A stretch of DNA of 64,000 nucleotides from Bacteroidales bacterium (GTDB lineage: Bacteria > Bacteroidota > Bacteroidia > Bacteroidales > Marinilabiliaceae). Positions 18,677 to 27,194 of this stretch are shown piece after piece. Below the pieces are notes generated by a model, which did no database searches, was not told where the DNA came from, and worked only from the letters and a program-made list of their open reading frames with translations. The stretch's first letter is position 1. Each line of letters begins with the position of its first letter. The translations under genes were made by a program, and so were the position numbers. The stretch is taken from NCBI GenBank assembly GCA_012838865.1, contig DUOK01000233.1, positions 3,512 through 67,511 on the forward strand, written 5' to 3'.

Positions 18677-19542
18677 TTCAATTGGTTCTTTTTAAGTTTG
18701 TTACGTTGCACTTCTTCTATGGCAAGAATGTCGTCCGTTTTGTAAGTAAGGGCTTTGAAAACGGCACGACAATCGCGGGTCAGTCGCCGCAGTCCGTCGG
18801 GCTCCAAAGAAGCCGCATGATCGGTACCCTTCCAGGTCCTGTCGAGGGTATAATGCCGCTCTATCCACTCGGCACCCAGGGTCATGGCCGCCACATCCAC
18901 GGCAATTCCCAAATGATGGCCCGAAAACCCGATGGCCTTCACCCGGTGTCCAAACTGTTCCTTAAGTCGATGAATTTCGTAGAGACAAACATCCTCAAAG
19001 GGAACCGGATAGCCCGAAGTACAGCTGTAAAGTACCAGGTCCTTGCTGCGACCGGCCGCCTCAAACAACTGCACCACCTGCTCCTCCTCCTCACGTCGGG
19101 TCATGCCAAACGAAACGTGCACTTCTCCGCCATAGTTTTCACAAAGGTACAAAAGCAGGGCCTTATTCTGGTTGCAGGCCGAGGGAATCTTTAACAGGGC
19201 TGGATTCAGCGATGCAATCTCCCGCGCCGAACTCACATCCCATACCGAAGTGGAATACTCCAGTCCATACTCCTCACACCAGGCTTTCAACTGCCGGTGT
19301 TGGTCCACATCAAACTCCAAAAACTCCCGGTGCTCACCATAGGTCTTCCCGTAAGCATTAATGGGATTGGGGTGGGGCGAATGGTATTCCTCCTCACTCA
19401 ACAACTCCCGGTTGTTGCGCTTCTGAAACTTGACCACATCCACTTTGCAAAAAATGGCTGCCGTAACAATCATTTCACGGGCAATTTCCATACTCCCCTT
19501 GTGGTTGCAGCCTATTTCAGCGATAATCTTGGGTGCCTGCAT
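18667..19542 (-). CDS. neuB: NeuB family nonulosonate(-9-phosphate) synthase, short form without SAF domain
   Basis: IAEIGCNHKG, VKFQKR, KIPSA, SCTSGYP, GFSGHHLG, ERHYTLDRTWKGTDHAASLEP. Ends at 291 aa. Confidence 0.92.
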   Translation of the reverse strand: MQAPKIIAEIGCNHKGSMEIAREMIVTAAIFCKVDVVKFQKRNNRELLSEEEYHSPHPNPINAYGKTYGEHREFLEFDVDQHRQLKAWCEEYGLEYSTSVWDVSSAREIASLNPALLKIPSACNQNKALLLYLCENYGGEVHVSFGMTRREEEEQVVQLFEAAGRSKDLVLYSCTSGYPVPFEDVCLYEIHRLKEQFGHRVKAIGFSGHHLGIAVDVAAMTLGAEWIERHYTLDRTWKGTDHAASLEPDGLRRLTRDCRAVFKALTYKTDDILAIEEVQRNKLKKNQLKWQ

Positions 19543-19578
19543 AAGTCAAATATTTATTCGTTTATAATGGTTTCTTTT

Positions 19579-20574
19579 TTACAGCCAGCGCCATTTGCGA
19601 CCGGCACGCAACAAAAGTCGGTTGAGCGGAAGCAGGCGGCGCAGGACTGCGGCACGAAAGGACTTTTGCGGCAGGGGCCATTCAAGCGGACCGGACGGAG
19701 CAAGGGCCCGGGCATGCCAGTCGAGGGCCGCCTGGGGCACCGTATTGCCCAAATGATAAGCCCACAAGTCGGGCGTGGAAACCCGCAGGTAACCAGCTTT
19801 TTCTGCCGCCACATCGAGGTACTCGTGCTCATAGCCGTTTTTGAATACCCAGGGCACTTTATCCTGGTTAAATTGCTGCACCACCTCGCGCCGAAAGGTA
19901 GCCAGGGCATGTACCGCCCCCAAAACCACGGTATGCCCATCCCGCTGCAACACGTACTGCTGCTGCCGCCAGCTAAGACCACGCTTGATGCCGGGGCGAC
20001 TGTACAAACCCGACTCCGGGGAGTGCCCCAGTCCCTGCTCAAACAAGTCCACGTCCTCATCGGACAGCACCTTGCCGGTCTGCCGGGCCGCCCACACCAA
20101 ATGACTGTTGTAAAAATAAGTCAGATGCGCAGCGGGAAAGGGACTCACCATCCCTGCGCGCGGGAAACGTTGAAACACGCGGGCCACCGCCTGCTCCCAA
20201 CCCGGCAAAAACAAAAAATCGGCATCGGCCAGGGTCAGATAATCTTCCTGAGCAGCACGCGCCTCGGCCAGCAAGGGATCCAGTTTGCCCCGGTTCTCGG
20301 CACAGAGCACGTACTTGTCGATGAGTCCCGCCTGCACAAAGGACTCCGCCACCGCAGTTGCCTCGGCACAGGAATGGTTGTTGATGAGAGTAATGGCGCT
20401 TTGCTCCCGATCGATTGAGCGCGTCAGAGAATCGAGACAATAACGCAACACCTCCGGCTGTCCTTTAAAGTAAGGCTCCTCTACATTGGGAATCCAAAAG
20501 GGCAGAATGATCCGATGCACCTTGTGCGACAAGGGCTTCAGTACACTTTTCAAAGGATGCTCGCCTTCACGCAT
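19579..20574 (-). CDS. GT-A fold (GT2-like) glycosyltransferase
   Basis: LINNHSC, YLTLADADFLF (DxD motif), in-operon position. Confidence 0.7.
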   Translation of the reverse strand: MREGEHPLKSVLKPLSHKVHRIILPFWIPNVEEPYFKGQPEVLRYCLDSLTRSIDREQSAITLINNHSCAEATAVAESFVQAGLIDKYVLCAENRGKLDPLLAEARAAQEDYLTLADADFLFLPGWEQAVARVFQRFPRAGMVSPFPAAHLTYFYNSHLVWAARQTGKVLSDEDVDLFEQGLGHSPESGLYSRPGIKRGLSWRQQQYVLQRDGHTVVLGAVHALATFRREVVQQFNQDKVPWVFKNGYEHEYLDVAAEKAGYLRVSTPDLWAYHLGNTVPQAALDWHARALAPSGPLEWPLPQKSFRAAVLRRLLPLNRLLLRAGRKWRWL

Positions 20575-21493
20575 GTTGCAGCTTCAGTGACTGCCTAAGC
20601 AGTTCCATATTTTTTCCGGCCAGACGACGTGCCAAGCCCGGCACCACCAAAAAGCCGGGATACATTAAAATACAAGCCCAAAGGGCAGGCAGGAGCATCG
20701 ACCAGGATCGGATGCCCGAAATTTGCATACGCAACAACTTGGCCCTCAGTCGCCGAAAGCGGGACGGAGCCAAGAGGCCCTCCCCCTTCAAGTGTTGCAG
20801 GACCTTATACAAATGTCCCGGCAATTGAAGATAGGCTCTGTTGTTGTGCGAAATACCTCCGCTGTGCTCCCGGTAATACAGGAGGGGCGCATTAATGAAA
20901 TAAAAGCGGGCATGAAAAGCCAACCGGTAAAAGAACTCAACATCTTCCCCGGCCGCCTGCATCGCGGTATTGAAACCACCTACCCGATCGATGAGTGCTT
21001 TACGAATCAAGGGCGAAGAAAGCATTACGGTAAAATCGCCCACCATATCGTCGAACACATAACCATGCTTACGGTCCGCATGCAACTGTCCCGTTACCCT
21101 TCCCGTTGGCTTGCCCTCCCCATCCATCACATAGCAATACCCATGCACCAGACCGCAATCGGGGTGGGCCTTCAGCACCTCCACCTGCCGTTGCAACTTA
21201 TCGGGCAGCCAGCGATCGTCGTCGTCGAGGAAGGCGACCAGTTCGCCCCTGGCTTCCTGCAAACCTCGATTTCGGGGGACAATGGGCCCGCCACTGTTGG
21301 CCAGTTTAAAGTAGCGCACAAAGGGATAGTTGCTACAAAGCGCTGCGTTTTCCACACCCGGCGTGCCATCGTCCATAACCAGCACCTCATAGTCGCTGAA
21401 AGTCTGCGCAGCCACACTGTCCAGTGCTTCGCGCAACCAGGCCGTGCGGCGGTAGGTGGGAATAATGATGGAGACGAGTGGTCTTTTTTTCAT
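20567..21493 (-). CDS. GT2 family glycosyltransferase
   Basis: VSIIIPTYRR, VMDDGT, NRGLQEARG, FLDDDDRW...KLQRQ. Start at the ATGA overlap. Confidence 0.92.
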   Translation of the reverse strand: MKKRPLVSIIIPTYRRTAWLREALDSVAAQTFSDYEVLVMDDGTPGVENAALCSNYPFVRYFKLANSGGPIVPRNRGLQEARGELVAFLDDDDRWLPDKLQRQVEVLKAHPDCGLVHGYCYVMDGEGKPTGRVTGQLHADRKHGYVFDDMVGDFTVMLSSPLIRKALIDRVGGFNTAMQAAGEDVEFFYRLAFHARFYFINAPLLYYREHSGGISHNNRAYLQLPGHLYKVLQHLKGEGLLAPSRFRRLRAKLLRMQISGIRSWSMLLPALWACILMYPGFLVVPGLARRLAGKNMELLRQSLKLQHA

Positions 21494-22434
21494 GACTTTG
21501 CTTTTCGAATCGAACGCTTCAGCTGGGCCTTCAGCAGTTTCCAAACCAAGAGGGGACGACGGGCCTTGCGGGCCGACCGCCAAACGAGTCGGGTGTACCC
21601 GGGGTGCCCTTCCTGCCAGGCGTCCAGGGCATCGCGCCCTGTCTTCTCCCAAATCAGCTTATCGTAGGCGGGATTGATGCCCAGATATTTGGGGAGAATG
21701 CGGAAATGTCCTTCCCAATAGCGTGCGCCCTTTTTCATTTCGGCACTGCCGGCGTGCCGCCGGTAGTGACTTACCAAACGGTCGTGAAACACAATGCCCC
21801 GCTTTAAGGCAATGCGCATAAACATGTCCCAGTCCTCGGCAAACAAGTTCTCATCAAAACCGCCCTGTTCCTTCAAGGCCTCGGTCACATACAGGCCCGA
21901 AGCGGTGGGTATGAAACAACCGTGCTTCACCAAATCCGGAAAGATAAAGCCCGAAGGCATGCGATGGTTGGGAAAGAGACGACGCCGACCCGCTATAACG
22001 GAGGGGCGCAGCATGTTGTCGTCGTTGTCGATCCAGGCAATATCCCCGTACAAAAAGCCCGGCTGCCAGTCGAGCCCCTCCATAAAAGCCACCTGTTCGG
22101 CAATTTTGTGGGGCAGCAACAAATCGTCGCAGGGCCAGGGATGAAAATACTTCGTTTGGCAGAGCGAGAGGGCATGGTTCATGGTTTTGGTGATGCCCTG
22201 ATTCTGCTCGTGCACAATGAGCGTAGCCGGATGACCCTTCTCTGCCAGCCATTCCTTGATGAGCGCTACCGAATCATCGGTACTGGCGTCGTCGATGATG
22301 TAAAAGTGTGCCGGCGGCCAGGTCTGCGCCAGAATACTGTCGAGGGTCTTACGCAGGAAACGGCGCTGATTGTAACAGAGGGCGACCACGGTTACCAGTG
22401 GATCACAAGTGGGGGAAAGTGCTTTGGGGTCCAT
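21490..22434 (-). CDS. GT2 family glycosyltransferase
   Basis: VTVVALCYN, IDDASTD, NQGITKTMN, CDDLL, AEDWDMF. Confidence 0.9.
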   Translation of the reverse strand: MDPKALSPTCDPLVTVVALCYNQRRFLRKTLDSILAQTWPPAHFYIIDDASTDDSVALIKEWLAEKGHPATLIVHEQNQGITKTMNHALSLCQTKYFHPWPCDDLLLPHKIAEQVAFMEGLDWQPGFLYGDIAWIDNDDNMLRPSVIAGRRRLFPNHRMPSGFIFPDLVKHGCFIPTASGLYVTEALKEQGGFDENLFAEDWDMFMRIALKRGIVFHDRLVSHYRRHAGSAEMKKGARYWEGHFRILPKYLGINPAYDKLIWEKTGRDALDAWQEGHPGYTRLVWRSARKARRPLLVWKLLKAQLKRSIRKAKS

Positions 22435-22440
22435 TCTCCT

Positions 22441-23550
22441 TTAGACTTCAAAATGATTGATGCAGTGGGCCACGTAGTGAATTTCCTCATCGCTGTGGCA
22501 GGGACTGATGGGGAGACTCAGTTCTTCCCTGTGCAACTGCTCGGTAAAGGGCAGGGACAGTTCCTTCCATTGGGCATAGGCCTCCTGCTTATGGGGCGGC
22601 AGCGGATAGTGAATCATGGTCTGGATGCCCGCCTTTCGCAGGTAGGCCTGCAATGCGTCCCGCCTCGGATGCAGGATGGGGAAAAGATGATAAACATGTT
22701 GCCCGTAGTCGGCTTCATGGGGCAACACCAGGTCGGGCCGTTTTATTTCCTGCCGATAAAGCGCCGCCAACTCGCGACGACGCTCGTTTTCTTTATCGAG
22801 GCCCCTCAGACGTATCCGTAAAAAGGCGGCCTGCAACTCGTCGATGCGCATATTGAAGCCCTGGAAGCGATTGTAATACTTTTGTTGCGAACCGTAATTG
22901 CGCAAGGTAGCCACAGCCTCTGCAAAACCGGCGTCACTGGTGGTAACCGCACCCGCCTCGCCCAGGGCTCCCAGGTTTTTACCCGGGTAGAAACTGTGCC
23001 CGGCGGCCAGGGACAAGTTGCCGGCACAACGACCATCCCGCAGGCGCGCACCATGCGCCTGGGCCGCATCTTCAAAGAGCAGCAAATCCTGCTCCCAGGC
23101 CAGTCTTTGCAAAGCCTCCATATCGGCCAGCTGTCCGTACAAATGCACCGCCAGGATGGCCCGGGTACGGGGGCCAACTGCCTCAGTCGCTGCGTGCACA
23201 TCTATGTTGTAGGTAGCCCGGTCCGGCTCTACCAAAACCGGCCTCAGACCGCTTTGCGTGATGGCCAAAATGGAGGCAATGTAAGTATTGGCCGGCACCA
23301 GCACCTCATCGCCTTCGGCCAGTTTTCCCAGCACTTTGGCCGCCTCAAAAATCAAACGCAGGGCATCCAATCCATTGCTGACCCCCACGGCGTGCTTCGT
23401 TCCACAAAAGCGGGCGTACTCCTCTTCAAAAGCCCGGGTTTCCTCGCCCAGCACATACCAACCGCTTTCTAAAAAGCGACGGGTTGCTGCCTGCATTTCT
23501 GTCGTATAAGGGGCGTTGACTGCCTTTAAATCCAAAAAACTTACCTGCAT
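22441..23550 (-). CDS. DegT/DnrJ family aminotransferase, FdtB/QdtB-like (dTDP-3-amino-3,6-dideoxyhexose)
   Basis: SFLDLK, GVSNGLDAL, EDAAQAHGA, SFYPGKNLGALGEAG, LRNYGS, IDELQAAFL. Linked to FdtA-like cupins. Confidence 0.9.
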   Translation of the reverse strand: MQVSFLDLKAVNAPYTTEMQAATRRFLESGWYVLGEETRAFEEEYARFCGTKHAVGVSNGLDALRLIFEAAKVLGKLAEGDEVLVPANTYIASILAITQSGLRPVLVEPDRATYNIDVHAATEAVGPRTRAILAVHLYGQLADMEALQRLAWEQDLLLFEDAAQAHGARLRDGRCAGNLSLAAGHSFYPGKNLGALGEAGAVTTSDAGFAEAVATLRNYGSQQKYYNRFQGFNMRIDELQAAFLRIRLRGLDKENERRRELAALYRQEIKRPDLVLPHEADYGQHVYHLFPILHPRRDALQAYLRKAGIQTMIHYPLPPHKQEAYAQWKELSLPFTEQLHREELSLPISPCHSDEEIHYVAHCINHFEV

Positions 23551-24485
23551 AGGTCCTTTCTATAGAAATCGTGACAAAATCCTGCCGCACCAAAACCCTC
23601 CTTAAAAGCAGCCAGGCCCTCATTCAGGCGCTGCCCCTCGGCCTCGGTAGAAGTGCCAAAACTGAAGTAGCGCTTATCTCTCCCGTAAAGTGCCGAGATC
23701 TGTCCCACCAAAAACTCGGGCGCACACAAACGCCTGCCTTCCTCATTGAAATGAAAATATTGGGTATGCACAAAATCGTTGTCGATAAAGGTCCATGCGC
23801 CCCCCAGGAACTGCGCTCCCCGATGCACCCCAAAGGTCTTGATCTGCCCCGGGAAGCGTTGCTGCAAAAGCTGGACTTCGGGGAGACTGTGCACGGCAGT
23901 GGCATCGTACTTGTTTTGAAGGTTGTGGTTGACCAGCTCCAGGAAGGCCGCCTCATCGCCATTGACCTGCAGCCGCAAGTCGTTTCGGGCACTCTTATTG
24001 AGCCGGTAGCGCTTATCGCGCGCAAAACCAGGCGTATTCTGCCAATCGAAGCAGAAGGACAAGTCGCGCCGCCAAAGTTGGTAATCGCGCTTCCACAAAA
24101 CCCAGGCATCGGCTGCACTAAAGTGGCGGTCGAACACAAAGGGCTTTTGCTTGTAACAGATTCGGGAAAAACCCTGCTCGGCCAACCAGCTTTCCATTTC
24201 GGCAAAAAGTGCATCCAGTTCGGCCGCCCCAAAACGAGGGGCCAGCACCCAGCCCCCATAAGTCAGTCCCTGATGCGAATGTAATACCTCGTCCCTCCGG
24301 TTGGCGGGCAAAACAGCCTTGAGCTTATCCCCCGAAAAGGCCAGGAGACTGTAATCCTCAAAGCGATCGGCGTGGTAGTCCATAAAGCCCCGCTCAAAAA
24401 GGAAGACCCCGTTCCAGGCACTTTTTACAAAAGCATCCCACAGTGGAGCGTCTGCGGAGCTGTATTTGCGTATCTCAAAACTCAT
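23541..24485 (-). CDS. FemAB-like tandem-GNAT acyl/aminoacyl transferase
   Basis: WDAFV...FLFERGFMDYH, SHQGLTYGG, YRLNKS, FSFGTST...GLAAFKEGFG. Confidence 0.75.
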   Translation of the reverse strand: MSFEIRKYSSADAPLWDAFVKSAWNGVFLFERGFMDYHADRFEDYSLLAFSGDKLKAVLPANRRDEVLHSHQGLTYGGWVLAPRFGAAELDALFAEMESWLAEQGFSRICYKQKPFVFDRHFSAADAWVLWKRDYQLWRRDLSFCFDWQNTPGFARDKRYRLNKSARNDLRLQVNGDEAAFLELVNHNLQNKYDATAVHSLPEVQLLQQRFPGQIKTFGVHRGAQFLGGAWTFIDNDFVHTQYFHFNEEGRRLCAPEFLVGQISALYGRDKRYFSFGTSTEAEGQRLNEGLAAFKEGFGAAGFCHDFYRKDLCR

Positions 24486-24487
24486 TA

Positions 24488-24973
24488 TCAATCTTCTTCA
24501 GGAATTGTGCGACCAAGAATGCGGGCGGGACAACCGCCTGCTACACAGTTGGGGGGAAGGTCGCTGTTGACAAAACTCTTGGGCTGCACCACTACCCCCT
24601 CGCCAATGGTGACCCCGGCAATGACCATGCTGCCGGAACCGATCCAGCAATCGCTGCCAATGGTAATGGCCTGCTCGCGAATCGGGAAAAGACGAAGCAT
24701 GGGGGGACTGGCGGTGGGACCGGTATCTGCGATGATGTGGCAAAAGTGACCGATGCTGCAGCGCTCACCGATGCGCAAAGGAGCCGCAAAACCATTGAGA
24801 ATGCTGTGCTTACCGATGCGTGTACCGGCCCCCACTTCGAGGGGCCAACGGGGACTCCCAAAGAGGGTGCTGCGCTGCCCGATCGCCACGCCATCGCCCA
24901 AATTTACGTTGTTGAGCGAGGCGCTTTCGTCGGCCTGCACCCCATGTCCGGTAATGATGTTGGCGTGTATCAT
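24488..24973 (-). CDS. hexapeptide-repeat (LbH) acyltransferase
   Basis: ITIGSDCWIGSGSMVIAGVTIGEGVVV...VAGGCPAR. Confidence 0.8.
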   Translation of the reverse strand: MIHANIITGHGVQADESASLNNVNLGDGVAIGQRSTLFGSPRWPLEVGAGTRIGKHSILNGFAAPLRIGERCSIGHFCHIIADTGPTASPPMLRLFPIREQAITIGSDCWIGSGSMVIAGVTIGEGVVVQPKSFVNSDLPPNCVAGGCPARILGRTIPEED

Positions 24974-25479
24974 TCTTTCTCGGGAAGCTTAGTTTGAAGT
25001 TCTTCCGGTTTGAGTTGGCGCAGCAAGCGGGCCGGGTTGCCGCCCACTACACTGAAATCGGGTACCGACTGGTCTACATAACTGTTCGAGGCTACAATGC
25101 AGTAGCGCCCAATACTTACCCCGGGGGCCAAAACACAGCCCGAACCAATCCAACTGTGGTCGCCTATTCGGATGGGTGCTGCGCCTTTCGAAAAATAAGC
25201 ATTCACCGCCGAACCGGGGGCCAGGTTCCAATGCGATACCAGCACATTGTGCTGAGCAATGGAAACATGCTCCCCTATCTCAATATCGGCCTGGGTCCCG
25301 TCGAGGGTCACATACATCCCAAAAATGGTGCCGCTGCCAATTTTTACCACATGCTCGGGACTGCCTTCAATGCTGCACTCCTTGGCTATTTTCACCTCAT
25401 CCCCAAAGTGTACGTTGTTGACGCGACTGCCGGGATGAATGAAGACATTTTTTCCAAAACTCAAATTCGCTAGCATCAT
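24970..25479 (-). CDS. hexapeptide-repeat (LbH) acyltransferase
   Basis: IRIGDHSWIGSGCVLAPGVSIGRYCIVASNS...VVGGNPAR. Start at the ATGA overlap (25479). Confidence 0.82.
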   Translation of the reverse strand: MMLANLSFGKNVFIHPGSRVNNVHFGDEVKIAKECSIEGSPEHVVKIGSGTIFGMYVTLDGTQADIEIGEHVSIAQHNVLVSHWNLAPGSAVNAYFSKGAAPIRIGDHSWIGSGCVLAPGVSIGRYCIVASNSYVDQSVPDFSVVGGNPARLLRQLKPEELQTKLPEKE

Positions 25480-26390
25480 GCCAAAAAATCCTTTATCAGA
25501 GTAAACAAATAATCGACGTGGCCCTCCTCCATGCTTTGATGGCAGGGCAGGTAAAAGACTTCCTCTCCGTAAAACACGCTGCACTCGACCCCCTGCTGCT
25601 GCAAGTAAACCTTGAGGGCCGACAAGTCCCTGCCGGGCGCGCCAAACAAAAAGGCACCGGGGACCTCCCCGGCTGCCGGCTCAAAGCGGGCCGGCCAGCC
25701 GGCTGCACCAAAGCGCTCCAAAAAGGCAGCGTACAAGTGCCGGCGCCGGCGCTTAATGTCCTCCCCCTGCCCACTATAATGCGCGTAACAGGCCTTTAAG
25801 TAGCGCACGGCCGAAGCACTCAGCGAGGCATCTGCCAACTCCCGCCCGCCCGCATAAAGGAGGCCCCCCGCCTGCATGGGAAAGGTTTTGGCCAGACTGT
25901 AAAAGGCATAGTCGCCCTGACTGCCTGCACGCCGGCCGTCCAGCGCGGAGTAATAACTGTAAGCACAGTCCTCAATCAAGGGCAGTTGGTAAGCACGCAG
26001 GGCCGCCATATCGCGCCGCACAAATCCAAATTCGTGGTTGACCAGAATGGCGGCGGTGGCACTGCTGTATTGCCGGCTCCACCGGCAGTACAGCTCAATA
26101 GTGCGGGTAACGCAGCCACTCAGGTAACGGTTGTTGCTGGTGGTCAGCACCCAGACTTCGGCCTCAGGGTCCAGTTGCAAATCCTCGAGCACCATGGCCA
26201 GGGCACGTGTGGCGCTGGAACAGACATTCAGCAAGCGCCCTTCTTCCTCCAGCACCGGAAAGACATCCCCCTCATAAGCAGCCCACAGACCTTGATTGCG
26301 CAGCAAGGCCTCGCCGTTGAAGGGCGAAAGATAAAGGGGAGCCTGCCGGAAAGCCTCGGGGTTTTTAATGTAGCCGTTCAGAAAGTCCAC
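25476..26390 (-). CDS. short DegT-like PLP-dependent protein
   Basis: NHEFG, IEDCAYS, YSLAKTFPMQAGG (Lys at the PLP position), LPCHQ. About 70 aa shorter than typical. GTG start. Confidence 0.65.
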   Translation of the reverse strand: MDFLNGYIKNPEAFRQAPLYLSPFNGEALLRNQGLWAAYEGDVFPVLEEEGRLLNVCSSATRALAMVLEDLQLDPEAEVWVLTTSNNRYLSGCVTRTIELYCRWSRQYSSATAAILVNHEFGFVRRDMAALRAYQLPLIEDCAYSYYSALDGRRAGSQGDYAFYSLAKTFPMQAGGLLYAGGRELADASLSASAVRYLKACYAHYSGQGEDIKRRRRHLYAAFLERFGAAGWPARFEPAAGEVPGAFLFGAPGRDLSALKVYLQQQGVECSVFYGEEVFYLPCHQSMEEGHVDYLFTLIKDFLA

Positions 26391-26826
26391 GAAAACTCAG
26401 ATAATCGTCGTATTGTCGAATGTAATCGGCTTCATCGTATGGCTGCGAGGTGAGCACCAGACAAATGGAGGCCGAAGAAAAATTTTGCTCCCGGGCCCAA
26501 ATACCGGGGGGAATGTGCAGCCCCATAAAGGGCTGATTCAGAAACAAGGTCTTGCAATGCCTACCGTCCTCTACCATCACCTCAAAACTGCCTCCGGCGG
26601 CCACCAAAAACTGGTGACAACTGCGGTGGGCATGAGCACCCCGGTTTTCGCCGGCAGGAATATCGTACAAATAGAAAACCCTTTGCACCTCAAAGGGCAA
26701 ATCCACCGAATTTTGTACAGAAGTGATGCTGCCCGAAACGGCGGATATGCGGGGCAACTGATAAATGTGACAGTCAAAAACCGTAGGCAGAATGGCGGGC
26801 TCAGACCCTCTGGCAGAAATCGTCAT
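26365..26826 (-). CDS. FdtA/QdtA family sugar 3,4-ketoisomerase (cupin)
   Basis: GSITSV, RVFYLYDIP, RGAHAH, GSFEV, GLHIPPGIW, YDEADYIR. Start uncertain. Confidence 0.88.
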   Translation of the reverse strand: MTISARGSEPAILPTVFDCHIYQLPRISAVSGSITSVQNSVDLPFEVQRVFYLYDIPAGENRGAHAHRSCHQFLVAAGGSFEVMVEDGRHCKTLFLNQPFMGLHIPPGIWAREQNFSSASICLVLTSQPYDEADYIRQYDDYLSFRGLSERLH

Positions 26827-27193
26827 AATTACGTAGGTATTCGTCTTCGGTATAGGCACCCGAATTCAGGTGCAGCGAAAGGGCATTGGTGCTGAAATTT
26901 TCCATGTGTCGCCAGGTCAGGGGCGGCAAATAAAGGCCCTTGTACGAACGATTCAAATGATAGCGCCGTTCACTGCCGTCGGGGTCCTTCACCACCACAT
27001 CGAAACTGCCCGACAGGGCCACCACTACTTCCTGATGGGTCTTGAAGGCATGTCCGCCCCTAATCTCCCCTCCGGGTACATCGTAGGTCCAGTACACCCT
27101 TTCTATTACAAAAGGGAAGTGACGCTGGTTTTCCATAAAGGTCAGGTTTCCCCTGGCATCGAGTATTTTGGGTAATTCCAGCAGTTTTTCCAT
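26801..27193 (-). CDS. FdtA/QdtA family cupin (HAF variant)
   Basis: LPKILDARGNLTF, RVYWTYDVPGG, RGGHAF, GLYLPPLTWR, YTEDEYLR. Confidence 0.88.
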   Translation of the reverse strand: MEKLLELPKILDARGNLTFMENQRHFPFVIERVYWTYDVPGGEIRGGHAFKTHQEVVVALSGSFDVVVKDPDGSERRYHLNRSYKGLYLPPLTWRHMENFSTNALSLHLNSGAYTEDEYLRNYDDFCQRV

Positions 27194-27194
27194 C

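Noticed and set aside
12700-21495. Homopolymer A/T runs of about 7 nt in glycosyltransferase genes as phase-variation tracts
   Set aside because: They are too short, all frames are intact, and such runs are common in Phe/Lys codons.
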